From NCBI GenBank assembly GCA_038858525.1, contig JAWCFL010000014.1, positions 1-32,000 on the forward strand: a stretch of 32,000 nucleotides of DNA. Direction: 5' to 3'. Source of the DNA: Candidatus Jordarchaeales archaeon (lineage in GTDB: Archaea > Asgardarchaeota > Jordiarchaeia > Jordiarchaeales > Freyrarchaeaceae). Within the stretch, counting starts at the first letter, position 1, and every line of letters begins with the position of its first letter. The position numbers were made by a program, and so were the translations under genes. Shown piece after piece: positions 9,016 through 17,909 of this stretch. The notes below the pieces were generated by a model. The model searched no databases. It worked only from the letters and a program-made list of their open reading frames with translations, and was not told where the DNA came from.

Positions 9016-9177
9016 TCAACAGTGACCGTTAGAGACCCTAGAAAACGTCGTAATAAATGTTTTCAGATTTAAGAACCCATCTATGTCCTTTTTAGGCCAT
9101 TTCATGTTTTAGGCGCTCCAAAAACTTTTAATAGAATGCACTTAGTTAAAAGTTGTAGTTGCTTAGGGGTGGGTTCC

Positions 9178-11574
9178 TTGGGTGGAGCGTGGAGGTCTAT
9201 TGGTGAAATTGAAGAATACGATCTGCGTGGTAATATCTTAGTGTTAAATTGCGGTGAACTCGGAGCCGAAGTGAAGGTTGTGGGCTCCAACGTTTTTAGA
9301 GTTCGCCTTATGACTCCAGACAAAGTCCATAGTCCTCCCTGGATTGTCAGGGAATGCGAAGCCGCACCAAGCTTCGCGTTTAAGGATGAAGACGAGCATC
9401 TTACAGTTTCAACTGAAAACTTATTACTGAAGGTTCGTAGGAACCCGTGTAGGCTGGAATTTTATGCTCGTGACGGCTGGTTGATCAACCGTGATGATTC
9501 GGGTAAGGGGATGGGGTGGGACGGGGAGCAGGTTCGGTGCTGGAAAGAGATGCCTGAGAACGAGCACTACTTCGGTTTCGGGGAAAAGGCTGGCCCCCTT
9601 GACAAACGCGACCAAGCACTAACAATGTGGAATACTGATAACGTATACCATTACACGCCTACAGACCCTCTATACGGCTCTATCCCCTTTTTCATGGCTC
9701 TAAGAGACGGGAGGAGTTACGGCATCTTCCTTAACAACACTTACCGTTCCTCCTTCGACATGGGGAAGGAATCCTCAAGCTACTACTCCTTTGGAGCCGA
9801 GAGAGGGCCTCTTGAGTACTACTTTATTTATGGCCCGGAACCCAAAAAAGTACTTTTTCATTACACTGAGCTGACTGGTAGACCCTTCCTTCCCCCACTC
9901 TGGAGCTTAGGCTATCATCAATGCAGGTGGAGCTATTACCCCGAGAGCAGGGTTAAAGAGGTTGCATCTGAACTCAGAAAGCGGAGAATACCATGTGATG
10001 CCGTTTGGCTCGACATAGACTACATGAATGGCTTCCGCGTTTTCACGTGGGATCAGGAAAAGTTCGCTGACCCGAAAAGAATGATGGAAGAGCTCAGTAG
10101 AAGCGGCTTCAAAACAGTGGTCATAGTTGATCCAGGAGTCAAGGTGGAGAGGGGGTATTATGTGTACGAGGATGGCTTATCGCGGGGCTACTTCGTTCGT
10201 CTCCCAAGCGGTGAGTTGTTTACAGGAGACGTATGGCCTGGAGCATGCCACTTCCCGGACTTCTCTAACTCAAAAGTTAGAGAGTGGTGGGGCTCACTCT
10301 TTAAAGAACTCTTAGAAATTGGAGTGGCAGGGATATGGCTCGACATGAACGAGCCGGCAGTCTTCCCTAACAAGACGATACGGCTCGACGCGGTGCATGA
10401 CGCCGACGGTAGACTTACAGACCACCGGGAAATACACAACGTCTACGGCTTCCTCATGGCCAAGGCCACATATGAAGGTTTACTTAAGCACCAGCCGGAT
10501 AAGCGCCCATTTATACTAACCCGCTCCTTCTTCGCTGGCATTCAGCGCTACGCAGCCGTCTGGACAGGGGACAACGAAAGCAGCTGGGAACACCTGAGAC
10601 TAAGCATACCCATGTGCCTCAACATGGGGATTTCAGGCGTACCGTTCGTCGGGGTGGACATAGGAGGCTTCAGGAGGAGTCCGTCGTCAGAGTTATTCGC
10701 GCGATGGATTCAGCTTGGCGTCTTCTACCCCTTCTGCAGAAACCATACAATGACGGGAACCCCCGACCAGGAACCGTGGGCTTTCGGGGATGAAGTGGAA
10801 TCGATCAGCCGCAGGTATATTGAGCTCAGATACAAGCTTCTCCCCTACATTTACAACTGTTTTTACCAAGCTTTCCGGACAGGGGTTCCAGTCATGCGTG
10901 CGATGTTCATCGATTTTCCAGACGACCCAAACATTTTCTCCGGCACAATGGATGGATACATCACGGAAAGGCAGTTCATGGTTGGAGACTGGCTGCTAGT
11001 CGCCCCAATAGTCTACGAGGGGGCAAGGTCACGCATCGTCTACCTGCCTAAGGGAGAGTGGTTCAACTTCTGGACGAACGAAAAATACAGCGGAGAACTT
11101 CCAATCGTAGTTGAGGCACCGCTAGACGTTTGCCCTATCTTTGTTAGGGGAGGAGCAATAATCCCTATGCGTGACGTAGTCCAGTACTCTAACGAAAAAC
11201 CAATAGACCCTCTTGTGCTCAACGTATACCCGTCTGGGTCTTCAAGGGTAGAGTACTATGAGGATGATGGAGTAAGTTTTAACTACGCTGAAGGCGAATA
11301 CCTCATAGTTGAGTTTACCTGCAAGAATAACGAGAACGCTATAACTTTCGAGATTAGTGAAAGAAAAGGAAGTTATAACCCTGGAGCAAGAACATACGAA
11401 ATAAGGTTTAATGGCATAGAAGCAAAACCGCTAAAAGTCCTAAGGAACGGAGAAGAATTAAAGCAAAAACACGTAGGCACACCGTCATGGACATACATTG
11501 AGAGAGAAAGAGTAGTAGTCGTCAGGATACCGGACGAAGGAAGACGGGAGTTGCTCGAAATAAAAATGCGGTAA
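9178..11574 (+). CDS. Glycoside hydrolase family 31 (alpha-glucosidase-like), cytoplasmic
   Basis: Nucleophile motif WLDMNEP, acid/base motif WTGDN, plus YHQCRWSY, WLDIDY, DIGGF, RWIQLG and YEDDG. TTG 9178 follows GGGGTGG; the track start is ATG 9136. No signal peptide is visible. Confidence 0.95.
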   Translation: MGGAWRSIGEIEEYDLRGNILVLNCGELGAEVKVVGSNVFRVRLMTPDKVHSPPWIVRECEAAPSFAFKDEDEHLTVSTENLLLKVRRNPCRLEFYARDGWLINRDDSGKGMGWDGEQVRCWKEMPENEHYFGFGEKAGPLDKRDQALTMWNTDNVYHYTPTDPLYGSIPFFMALRDGRSYGIFLNNTYRSSFDMGKESSSYYSFGAERGPLEYYFIYGPEPKKVLFHYTELTGRPFLPPLWSLGYHQCRWSYYPESRVKEVASELRKRRIPCDAVWLDIDYMNGFRVFTWDQEKFADPKRMMEELSRSGFKTVVIVDPGVKVERGYYVYEDGLSRGYFVRLPSGELFTGDVWPGACHFPDFSNSKVREWWGSLFKELLEIGVAGIWLDMNEPAVFPNKTIRLDAVHDADGRLTDHREIHNVYGFLMAKATYEGLLKHQPDKRPFILTRSFFAGIQRYAAVWTGDNESSWEHLRLSIPMCLNMGISGVPFVGVDIGGFRRSPSSELFARWIQLGVFYPFCRNHTMTGTPDQEPWAFGDEVESISRRYIELRYKLLPYIYNCFYQAFRTGVPVMRAMFIDFPDDPNIFSGTMDGYITERQFMVGDWLLVAPIVYEGARSRIVYLPKGEWFNFWTNEKYSGELPIVVEAPLDVCPIFVRGGAIIPMRDVVQYSNEKPIDPLVLNVYPSGSSRVEYYEDDGVSFNYAEGEYLIVEFTCKNNENAITFEISERKGSYNPGARTYEIRFNGIEAKPLKVLRNGEELKQKHVGTPSWTYIERERVVVVRIPDEGRRELLEIKMR

Positions 11575-11780
11575 TACTCGACGTCAAGATAACTACCTTG
11601 TTGCTTTGCGTTCTCCTCTCAGGAACCTTAGAGTGGTATATTGCTTTCGTCCCGGGGAATTCAACAAACATACACCCTGTCCAAGCTTCCAGCACTCTCA
11701 TTAATCATATATAAACACAAGCAAAAATATTGAATAGCCAATTTGACTGCCAGAAACACTGACAGACCTCACTAGGAGAG

Positions 11781-11812
11781 GCTACTGGGACGAACAAGCT
11801 CGTCCCAGTAGC
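11781..11812. other. Perfect 13-bp inverted repeat (hairpin) between convergent genes
   Basis: GCTACTGGGACGA-ACAAGC-TCGTCCCAGTAGC, followed on + by a C/T tract to 11835. Confidence 0.85.
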
Positions 11813-11836
11813 GTCCCCTTCCCCCTTCCCCTTTTA

Positions 11837-12265
11837 TTAAGGGGAGCCATGCAGTATCCTTTTTAGAGTATTCTCCAAGTCTTCTCGAACCGTACTTTTT
11901 CTCCCAAGTATTCGCGCTATCTTTTCGCGGAACTCCTTGAATGTACTGACTTCACCGTTCCAGTCCTCCAAATTTTTACCGTATTTCTCTAGAAATTCTG
12001 TGCCGACCCTTTCTGCAACTGCTTCCACCTCTCTATCATTATCACCCACAACTACTACTAACAATGGTGAGACCTCTTTCAGGTAAATATATGATGACCC
12101 CATTTTTATCGTGCTTATCCCTTTCTTAAGCTCATTTTTAGCTATCTGGAAGACAGCGTTGAGGAAACCTGAAGATAGTAATGGGTCCTTTAATTTACTT
12201 TCCGATACCTCATAGCAGAAGAGAGGCACTCCGTCTTTCAGTACTAAGATTTCCTGTATCAACAT
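11837..12265 (-). CDS. Stand-alone longin-like domain protein (Asgard type)
   Basis: Pattern ILVLKDGVPLF...DPLLSSGFLNAVFQIAKNEL...F..KY....W.G....F..F, matching longin-fold proteins as I recall them. Confidence 0.8.
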   Translation of the reverse strand: MLIQEILVLKDGVPLFCYEVSESKLKDPLLSSGFLNAVFQIAKNELKKGISTIKMGSSYIYLKEVSPLLVVVVGDNDREVEAVAERVGTEFLEKYGKNLEDWNGEVSTFKEFREKIARILGRKSTVREDLENTLKRILHGSP

Positions 12266-12908
12266 TGTCCCTCTTCTTCATTCACGTAAAATGATTTCTA
12301 CCCTGATAACAGGGCATAAATTTAGTTAAAAATTTTTCGTGAATTTATTTTTACAAAAAATTAATTTTACATCCGCTGAAAATAATAAATCCACTAAAAA
12401 GCAACAAGAGAAAAAATGAAAATAACCCTTCCGATAATCTTATTTCGCATGTCACATACCCGTAAAATGAAAACTCTGCAATACACTTATCTCGATTAAA
12501 CTTAACCGGCCTCTGATAATTTGGATCCGAAAATCTAGATTCGCCCGCAATCACTCTAGTAGCAATTAAATTGATATTTTAACCTTCTCCTCCACCTTAA
12601 ACGCTTAAACCTCAAAAAATAGAAATTTTTAATTGTAGTCCTACTTGCTGCTAATTGTTCGTAAAAAATTAGAGTTTATGTTTCTGTTCATTATCTTCTT
12701 TCGGTTTTAAGGGCGATAAACCTTTCTCGTTGTTTTTTGTCAACATCAATCAACTTTATGTTTTTCTCAGCATCTCCCGTATGAACTCCAATTTAAACCC
12801 CTTTAGAAATTACTGGCAAAATTTCCAGGGTAGATTTCGAGGAAGGTAACCTTTAAAGCTCCTTCAGAGCTGTTTTTACTGCTAAGGTTGTTTTTGGGAG
12901 GCATCCTC

Positions 12909-13664
12909 TTGGAGGCCATTAAGACTTTTTCTCTAACAAAGATTTACGGGTCAAATGTAGGCGTGGAGAATCTTAACTTGGAGGTTTTCAGTGGGGAGAC
13001 TTTTGGTTTTCTTGGGCCCAATGGTTCAGGAAAGACTACGACAGTCAGGCTGTTGAATTGCATTATTCGTCCGACGAGCGGAGGTGCGAAAGTCGGCGGG
13101 TACGATATACTGAGCGAGAGCGAGAAAGTTAAGAAGATAACTGGGCTTCTTCCAGAGGTTCCAGGGGTCTATGAGAAGCTTACAGCACGCGAGTTTCTGG
13201 AGTTCATAGGCAGCCTTTACGATGTTCCATCAGCAGTTTTAAAGCGAAGGATTAACGACCTTCTAGACTTTTTTGAGCTCAGCAACAGGGGGGATGAGCT
13301 CCTCGAAGGCTTTAGCAAGGGAATGAAGCAGAAGGTTCTGCTTGCCTCCGCCCTCATACATGACCCTGAAATAATATTCTTGGACGAGCCGACTAGTGGC
13401 TTAGACCCGATTTCATCCCGCATGGTTAAGGACCTCATAAAAATGCTTGCCTCTGAAACAAACAAAACATTCTTTATATGCACTCACATACTGCCTCTCG
13501 CCGAGGAAGTGTGCGAAAGAATCGGAATAATAGACCGCGGGCATCTCAAGGAGGTTGGCTCCCCCGAGGAGCTAAAGGAAAAATATGGAGCAAAAAACCT
13601 AGAAGAGGTCTTCCTTCAGGTTACTGGTAGAAAAGTTACAAGGGACATGATAGAGTGGGTGTGA
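12909..13664 (+). CDS. ABC exporter ATP-binding subunit
   Basis: Walker A GPNGSGKT, signature FSKGMKQK, Walker B IIFLDEPT and H-loop CTH. TTG 12909 follows GGGAGG; the track start is 12888. Confidence 0.95.
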   Translation: MEAIKTFSLTKIYGSNVGVENLNLEVFSGETFGFLGPNGSGKTTTVRLLNCIIRPTSGGAKVGGYDILSESEKVKKITGLLPEVPGVYEKLTAREFLEFIGSLYDVPSAVLKRRINDLLDFFELSNRGDELLEGFSKGMKQKVLLASALIHDPEIIFLDEPTSGLDPISSRMVKDLIKMLASETNKTFFICTHILPLAEEVCERIGIIDRGHLKEVGSPEELKEKYGAKNLEEVFLQVTGRKVTRDMIEWV

Positions 13665-13665
13665 A

Positions 13666-15450
13666 ATGCCTTCCTGGCTAGCCGTTGCAAAAAACGAATA
13701 CCGACTAATGCTGTCCGGAAAAGTGACGAGGCGCCTCAGAAAGCCTCTACCAATACTGCTCGTCTCCGCCGTAATAACGATGGCTGCAGTTCTGATAACT
13801 GCATCGCACTCCCTCTCCTTGGAACTCAGACTTAAAGAGAGTCTAGAGAGCATGTTGGCGCTCCCCCTGAAACTTGACCCGTTTATCCTCCTCCTTATTA
13901 CTGACACTTCCTTTGTTTGGAGGATGGGTTCGCTTGCAGGAGTTTTCGCCTTCCTCATCCCCATCTTCGCCGCGATTGGACGCCAGCTGGAGGAGGCGGA
14001 GGTAGTTAGCAAAGATGTGGTGCTTTCATCCCCTCTTAAGCCCGTACACGTTCTCATAGGCGAATTTATGGTTAACCTTCTTATGCTTCCCGTCATTCTC
14101 CTACTATCCACGCTATTTTTCATTCCTCTCGCGCTTATCTTCTACCTGTCACTTCAGACAATCGTCCTGATCTTCGCAACATTAATCTTGGCCAGCCTTA
14201 CTGGTATCTGGATTGCGGTAATAGTTTCGACATACCTTTTTACGCGTGAATATAGAAGTAAAGCTAAGTCGGCTTTGAAGGCTTTGCTGGGAGTTCTCGG
14301 CGTAGCCATGGGTATCGGCATTCTCGTCTTATCAATGTCCACTACACCTTCAAGCTTCTGGTTCTTGCCTCCTGTATGGGTCGCTAACACGATCCATTTC
14401 GCTGTCACTCAAAGCAACGTAGCCGTAGTCAAAATCAACTTCGCATACTTCTTTATTCCGCTTCAACCTGATGGATGGACAAGCTTCACGCTCCTAGCCG
14501 TTTTATTCACTCTTTCATTCTTATTAGGAGCAGCCTGCTCGAGCAAAATAAAATTCACAAGCGTATTTGAGGGAAGAGAAGAAACTTCCATCATAAAAGG
14601 AGAAAACCTTTTTTATAAAGCGTTCAGGAAGGCGCTTCCGTATCCATTAAACATCATGGTGGTGTCTCAGCTCAAGGAGTTCACGAGGAGAACCGATAAC
14701 ATCGCTAGGTTCGTATCGGTCATCATGTTACCCCTTGTCATCCTTCTTATGAGCCGGATGATGCGGTCCGACGTCACGAGTGGAGGGGATTCCCTGCTTG
14801 TCCTCTCCTCTCTCTCAAGCTTTTACTTTGTGCTAGTAGGCGTCATGCTCCCCATGATGGTAATCCCATACGTCTTCATAGATAGCAAAGACCTCTTATG
14901 GACTATAAAAAAGACCCCTAAAGGGATCAGGCTTATGATCTACTCAATGGTCATTGAAACGTTATTTTTGAGTGTACCGCTGTCCGCTGTCTTAGCTTTA
15001 CTGTTCCACCTATCTATTGGGAGCATCGGAGGAAACCCCGCACTACTCCTAGCGGTAATGTTTTTCATGGTGCTCGTCAGCACAGCTATCACCACGGGCG
15101 TTTACGCGTCAAGACCAGTCTTTAAGGAAAAGGGGTTCGGTCACTTTGTGAACTTCGTCATAACACTCATCGTGACCGGAATAATAGTATCCGCAATGCT
15201 CATCCTGCTTGTAACACCATGGGTTCTCAACCTAATAGTAGCTGCGCCTTTACTTCAAGCGGCATCATGGCTTCCTCAACCCACCTCGATAGTAATCAGC
15301 CAAACCCTGACATACTTGATAACTAATGTTTCGCCGTCAAACATTACTCTTCAAATGGCGGGAGCTGCAGTCTCCATCATACTTGGGACAATAAGCATTC
15401 GTGTATCAATAAGAAGAGGCATTCGGAAACTGGAGTCATATGAAGGATGA
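13666..15450 (+). CDS. Large polytopic membrane protein, ABC exporter permease
   Basis: More than 10 hydrophobic segments; starts 1 bp after the ATPase stop. Confidence 0.85.
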   Translation: MPSWLAVAKNEYRLMLSGKVTRRLRKPLPILLVSAVITMAAVLITASHSLSLELRLKESLESMLALPLKLDPFILLLITDTSFVWRMGSLAGVFAFLIPIFAAIGRQLEEAEVVSKDVVLSSPLKPVHVLIGEFMVNLLMLPVILLLSTLFFIPLALIFYLSLQTIVLIFATLILASLTGIWIAVIVSTYLFTREYRSKAKSALKALLGVLGVAMGIGILVLSMSTTPSSFWFLPPVWVANTIHFAVTQSNVAVVKINFAYFFIPLQPDGWTSFTLLAVLFTLSFLLGAACSSKIKFTSVFEGREETSIIKGENLFYKAFRKALPYPLNIMVVSQLKEFTRRTDNIARFVSVIMLPLVILLMSRMMRSDVTSGGDSLLVLSSLSSFYFVLVGVMLPMMVIPYVFIDSKDLLWTIKKTPKGIRLMIYSMVIETLFLSVPLSAVLALLFHLSIGSIGGNPALLLAVMFFMVLVSTAITTGVYASRPVFKEKGFGHFVNFVITLIVTGIIVSAMLILLVTPWVLNLIVAAPLLQAASWLPQPTSIVISQTLTYLITNVSPSNITLQMAGAAVSIILGTISIRVSIRRGIRKLESYEG

Positions 15451-15509
15451 GGAGAGAAAGAAAAGAAATAATCCTTTTCATTTACAATTCATAAATTTGG
15501 GGGCTGCGA

Positions 15510-16721
15510 TTGACATTATACCTAAAGTATGTTAAAACCGGAAGGTGTGTTGGTTGCGGCTTCTGCGAGACCGTTGTGAGCTGTCCGAGCCCTGAGAGGT
15601 GTGTTGGTTGCGGCTCATGCTACCTTGCATGCCCCTTTATGGCTCGCGAACCCATCCCGGATAATCAGCCGAGAAGAAAAATTACGGTTACCGTTGATGG
15701 AGTGAAGTGCGAAGTTACCGGAGACGTTACTGTTAAGAGGGCGCTCGAATCTCTGGGGTATAAATTCTCGAGGTTTCCGGGTAAGGGCGCCCTGTTCTCG
15801 CCATGTCTCACCGGAGGATGCTACAGTTGCTCCGTATTAGTTAATGGCGAGCTCAAGGCTGCATGCCACACTAAGATCAGGGAAGGCGATGTTGTAGAGA
15901 CAAGGGTTGAGGGAAAAAACCAACTCAGAATAGTGGAGGGCTTCACCCCACATCAAGTAGGCGGAGTTGGAACTCCTTACTGGCTCAAGAAGAGAGGTGG
16001 ATACATAGAAGTTGCAGCATTCACAGCGGGATGCAATCTCAGATGTGCCTCCTGCCAGAACTACCACGTAACATACAACAGTTCCCTGCCACCAATGACT
16101 TCGCATGAAGCAGCTAGTAGGTTAAGCCTTATGAGGCGACGCTACGGCGTTGACAGGATGGCTGTAAGCGGGGGAGAACCAACTCTTAATCACCAGTGGC
16201 TTGTCGAATTCTTCAGAGAACTACGCCGACTCAACCCTGACGAGAAAGCCAGACTCCATCTCGACACTAACGCAACCATCCTAACTAAGGAAAGGATCGA
16301 TGACCTGATTGAAGCCGGCGTAACAGACATAGGGCCCGACCTTAAGTCTCTCCGCTTGGAGACCTTTCAGCTGATCACCGGAGTCAAGGAGAGGGAGCTG
16401 GCGAGGCTATACCTTGACACGTCGTGGAACGCAGTAAAGTACATTGCAGACGAGTACTACCCTGAAAAGGTGTTCATGGGAATAGGGATCCCATACAACA
16501 AGTTCTTTCACCCAAACTTGGATGAGCTGTTGAAAATGGGTGAAAAGATCGCTCGCATCGACCCCGATATACAGGTTTGTGTTCTTGACTATCGACCGGA
16601 GTTCAGGTCAAACATAACACAACCCACTCTTGAAGAAATGAAGGCTGTGAGGGAAGCCCTCATAGGGGTGGGATTAAGGAAAGTTATCGCTCAAACCTCC
16701 CTAGGACATATCGGCCCATAA
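15510..16721 (+). CDS. Radical SAM protein (PflA/activase-like) with N-terminal 2x[4Fe-4S] and [2Fe-2S]-like domains
   Basis: Ferredoxin motifs CVGCGFC..CP and CVGCGSCYLACP; 2Fe-2S-like CLTGGCYSC..AC; radical SAM CNLRCASC and SGGEP. Confidence 0.9.
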   Translation: MTLYLKYVKTGRCVGCGFCETVVSCPSPERCVGCGSCYLACPFMAREPIPDNQPRRKITVTVDGVKCEVTGDVTVKRALESLGYKFSRFPGKGALFSPCLTGGCYSCSVLVNGELKAACHTKIREGDVVETRVEGKNQLRIVEGFTPHQVGGVGTPYWLKKRGGYIEVAAFTAGCNLRCASCQNYHVTYNSSLPPMTSHEAASRLSLMRRRYGVDRMAVSGGEPTLNHQWLVEFFRELRRLNPDEKARLHLDTNATILTKERIDDLIEAGVTDIGPDLKSLRLETFQLITGVKERELARLYLDTSWNAVKYIADEYYPEKVFMGIGIPYNKFFHPNLDELLKMGEKIARIDPDIQVCVLDYRPEFRSNITQPTLEEMKAVREALIGVGLRKVIAQTSLGHIGP

Positions 16722-16911
16722 ACTGGTGAGACTACTAATGTGAGGTTGCCTTTTATTTTTCCTTTCACCATGTCGCAGCGTTTTTGCTTTCAATCATTTG
16801 TCGCATGGTTAGGAGGAAGGGAGAAAAGTTAAATTTTGTTGGTTTTTATTTAGATCGGTAATTGCAGTTGCTTCATCTTTTTAAGTGTCCTTTAAAAAGG
16901 AGGTTTAGCCT

Positions 16912-17883
16912 TTGCCTGTTATTCTTTTCTGCGGTTCTGAAGTTAACCCGCTCGTTAGGAACCTAATTAAAGGCTATAATGCTGAAGAGTTAGTTATTGT
17001 TTCTGGGACTGTCCATGATTTTATGCTTTCTGGGCTAAGGGTTTTTTACGAGTCTGACAGTGTTATCCTTGCGGCGTCAAACATCGGGGGGAGCCTTTCG
17101 AGCGATGCTAGGTACGCATGCTGGAGGCTTATGGGGCGGCTGGGCGTAAGCGCGTCGCCCCCTGTACCCGAAGAAATGGTTGCTTTCAGCCTATTCAGGA
17201 TGGGGGTGACGAGTAAAGGAGCAGATACGATTTCATCATTTATATCGCTGTGTGATGCGCTCAAATTAGATTTCACTGTTATTCCCTTGACAGATGATAT
17301 ACCGAGCATTCATGTGAAAAGTGACGGGCGGGAAATGAGGCTGCTAGAGTTTCTCATTTCTTCTAAGGAGGTGAAGAAGGTCGACGGGGTCAAGGTCGAT
17401 GGGGATTTTAAACCGTTAAAGCAGTCTCTCAGTTACATTAAGAATAGTGAAAGCATTTTAATCGCTCCAAACGACCCTGTAAGCATATTGCCTATCGAAA
17501 GAAACGCCGAGGTATGCGGTGCATTAAAGGCATGTGAAGGCGAAGTAACGCTTGTGCTTCTTCCAGTCACGCCGAAGGTTGAGGCTGTTCTATCATGCTT
17601 GGGAATAGATTCGTCACCGCTAGGTTTGGCGAGGCTTTTTGAAGGGTTAACTGATAGAATTATTCTTGATCAGTCCTTATCGAAGGCAAGAAAAGACATA
17701 GCGTCCTCGATAGGCGTGGAGGTGCTTCTCGCCGACCTATCTCCTTCGGCTTTGCAAAGTTGCGTTCCAAAAGTCATATTAGAATCGTTCCCTCTCCGGA
17801 GGAAAAAATCTACTGCCGTAAAGGATGTTGTTAAAGGAATAACGAAAATGATGAAGCTAGAGAAAGGAGAGAAGGAGAACTAA
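16912..17883 (+). CDS. CofD (2-phospho-L-lactate transferase)-fold protein, catalytically degenerate
   Basis: Scaffold matches EEL.IV..T..D, VIP.TDD, IKNS..I.I.P..P.SI.PI and G.D.S..G, but the Gly-rich and Asp motifs are missing. Confidence 0.65.
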   Translation: MPVILFCGSEVNPLVRNLIKGYNAEELVIVSGTVHDFMLSGLRVFYESDSVILAASNIGGSLSSDARYACWRLMGRLGVSASPPVPEEMVAFSLFRMGVTSKGADTISSFISLCDALKLDFTVIPLTDDIPSIHVKSDGREMRLLEFLISSKEVKKVDGVKVDGDFKPLKQSLSYIKNSESILIAPNDPVSILPIERNAEVCGALKACEGEVTLVLLPVTPKVEAVLSCLGIDSSPLGLARLFEGLTDRIILDQSLSKARKDIASSIGVEVLLADLSPSALQSCVPKVILESFPLRRKKSTAVKDVVKGITKMMKLEKGEKEN

Positions 17884-17909
17884 CTAAATAAATTTTGAGA
17901 GGTAGTATC

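Noticed and set aside
9178-11574. GH31 as a homologue of ER glucosidase II linked to the CCDC47-like gene
   Set aside because: The catalytic motifs are shared by all GH31 enzymes, there is no signal peptide, and it is 16 kb away; nothing visible favours this over ordinary carbohydrate catabolism.
12293-12838. Inverted CAGGGTAGA 9-mers at both ends of the AT-rich spacer, plus ORB-like TCCA words
   Set aside because: A 9-mer inverted match in about 600 bp is expected by chance; there is no good ORB consensus and no cdc6/orc1 gene in the window.
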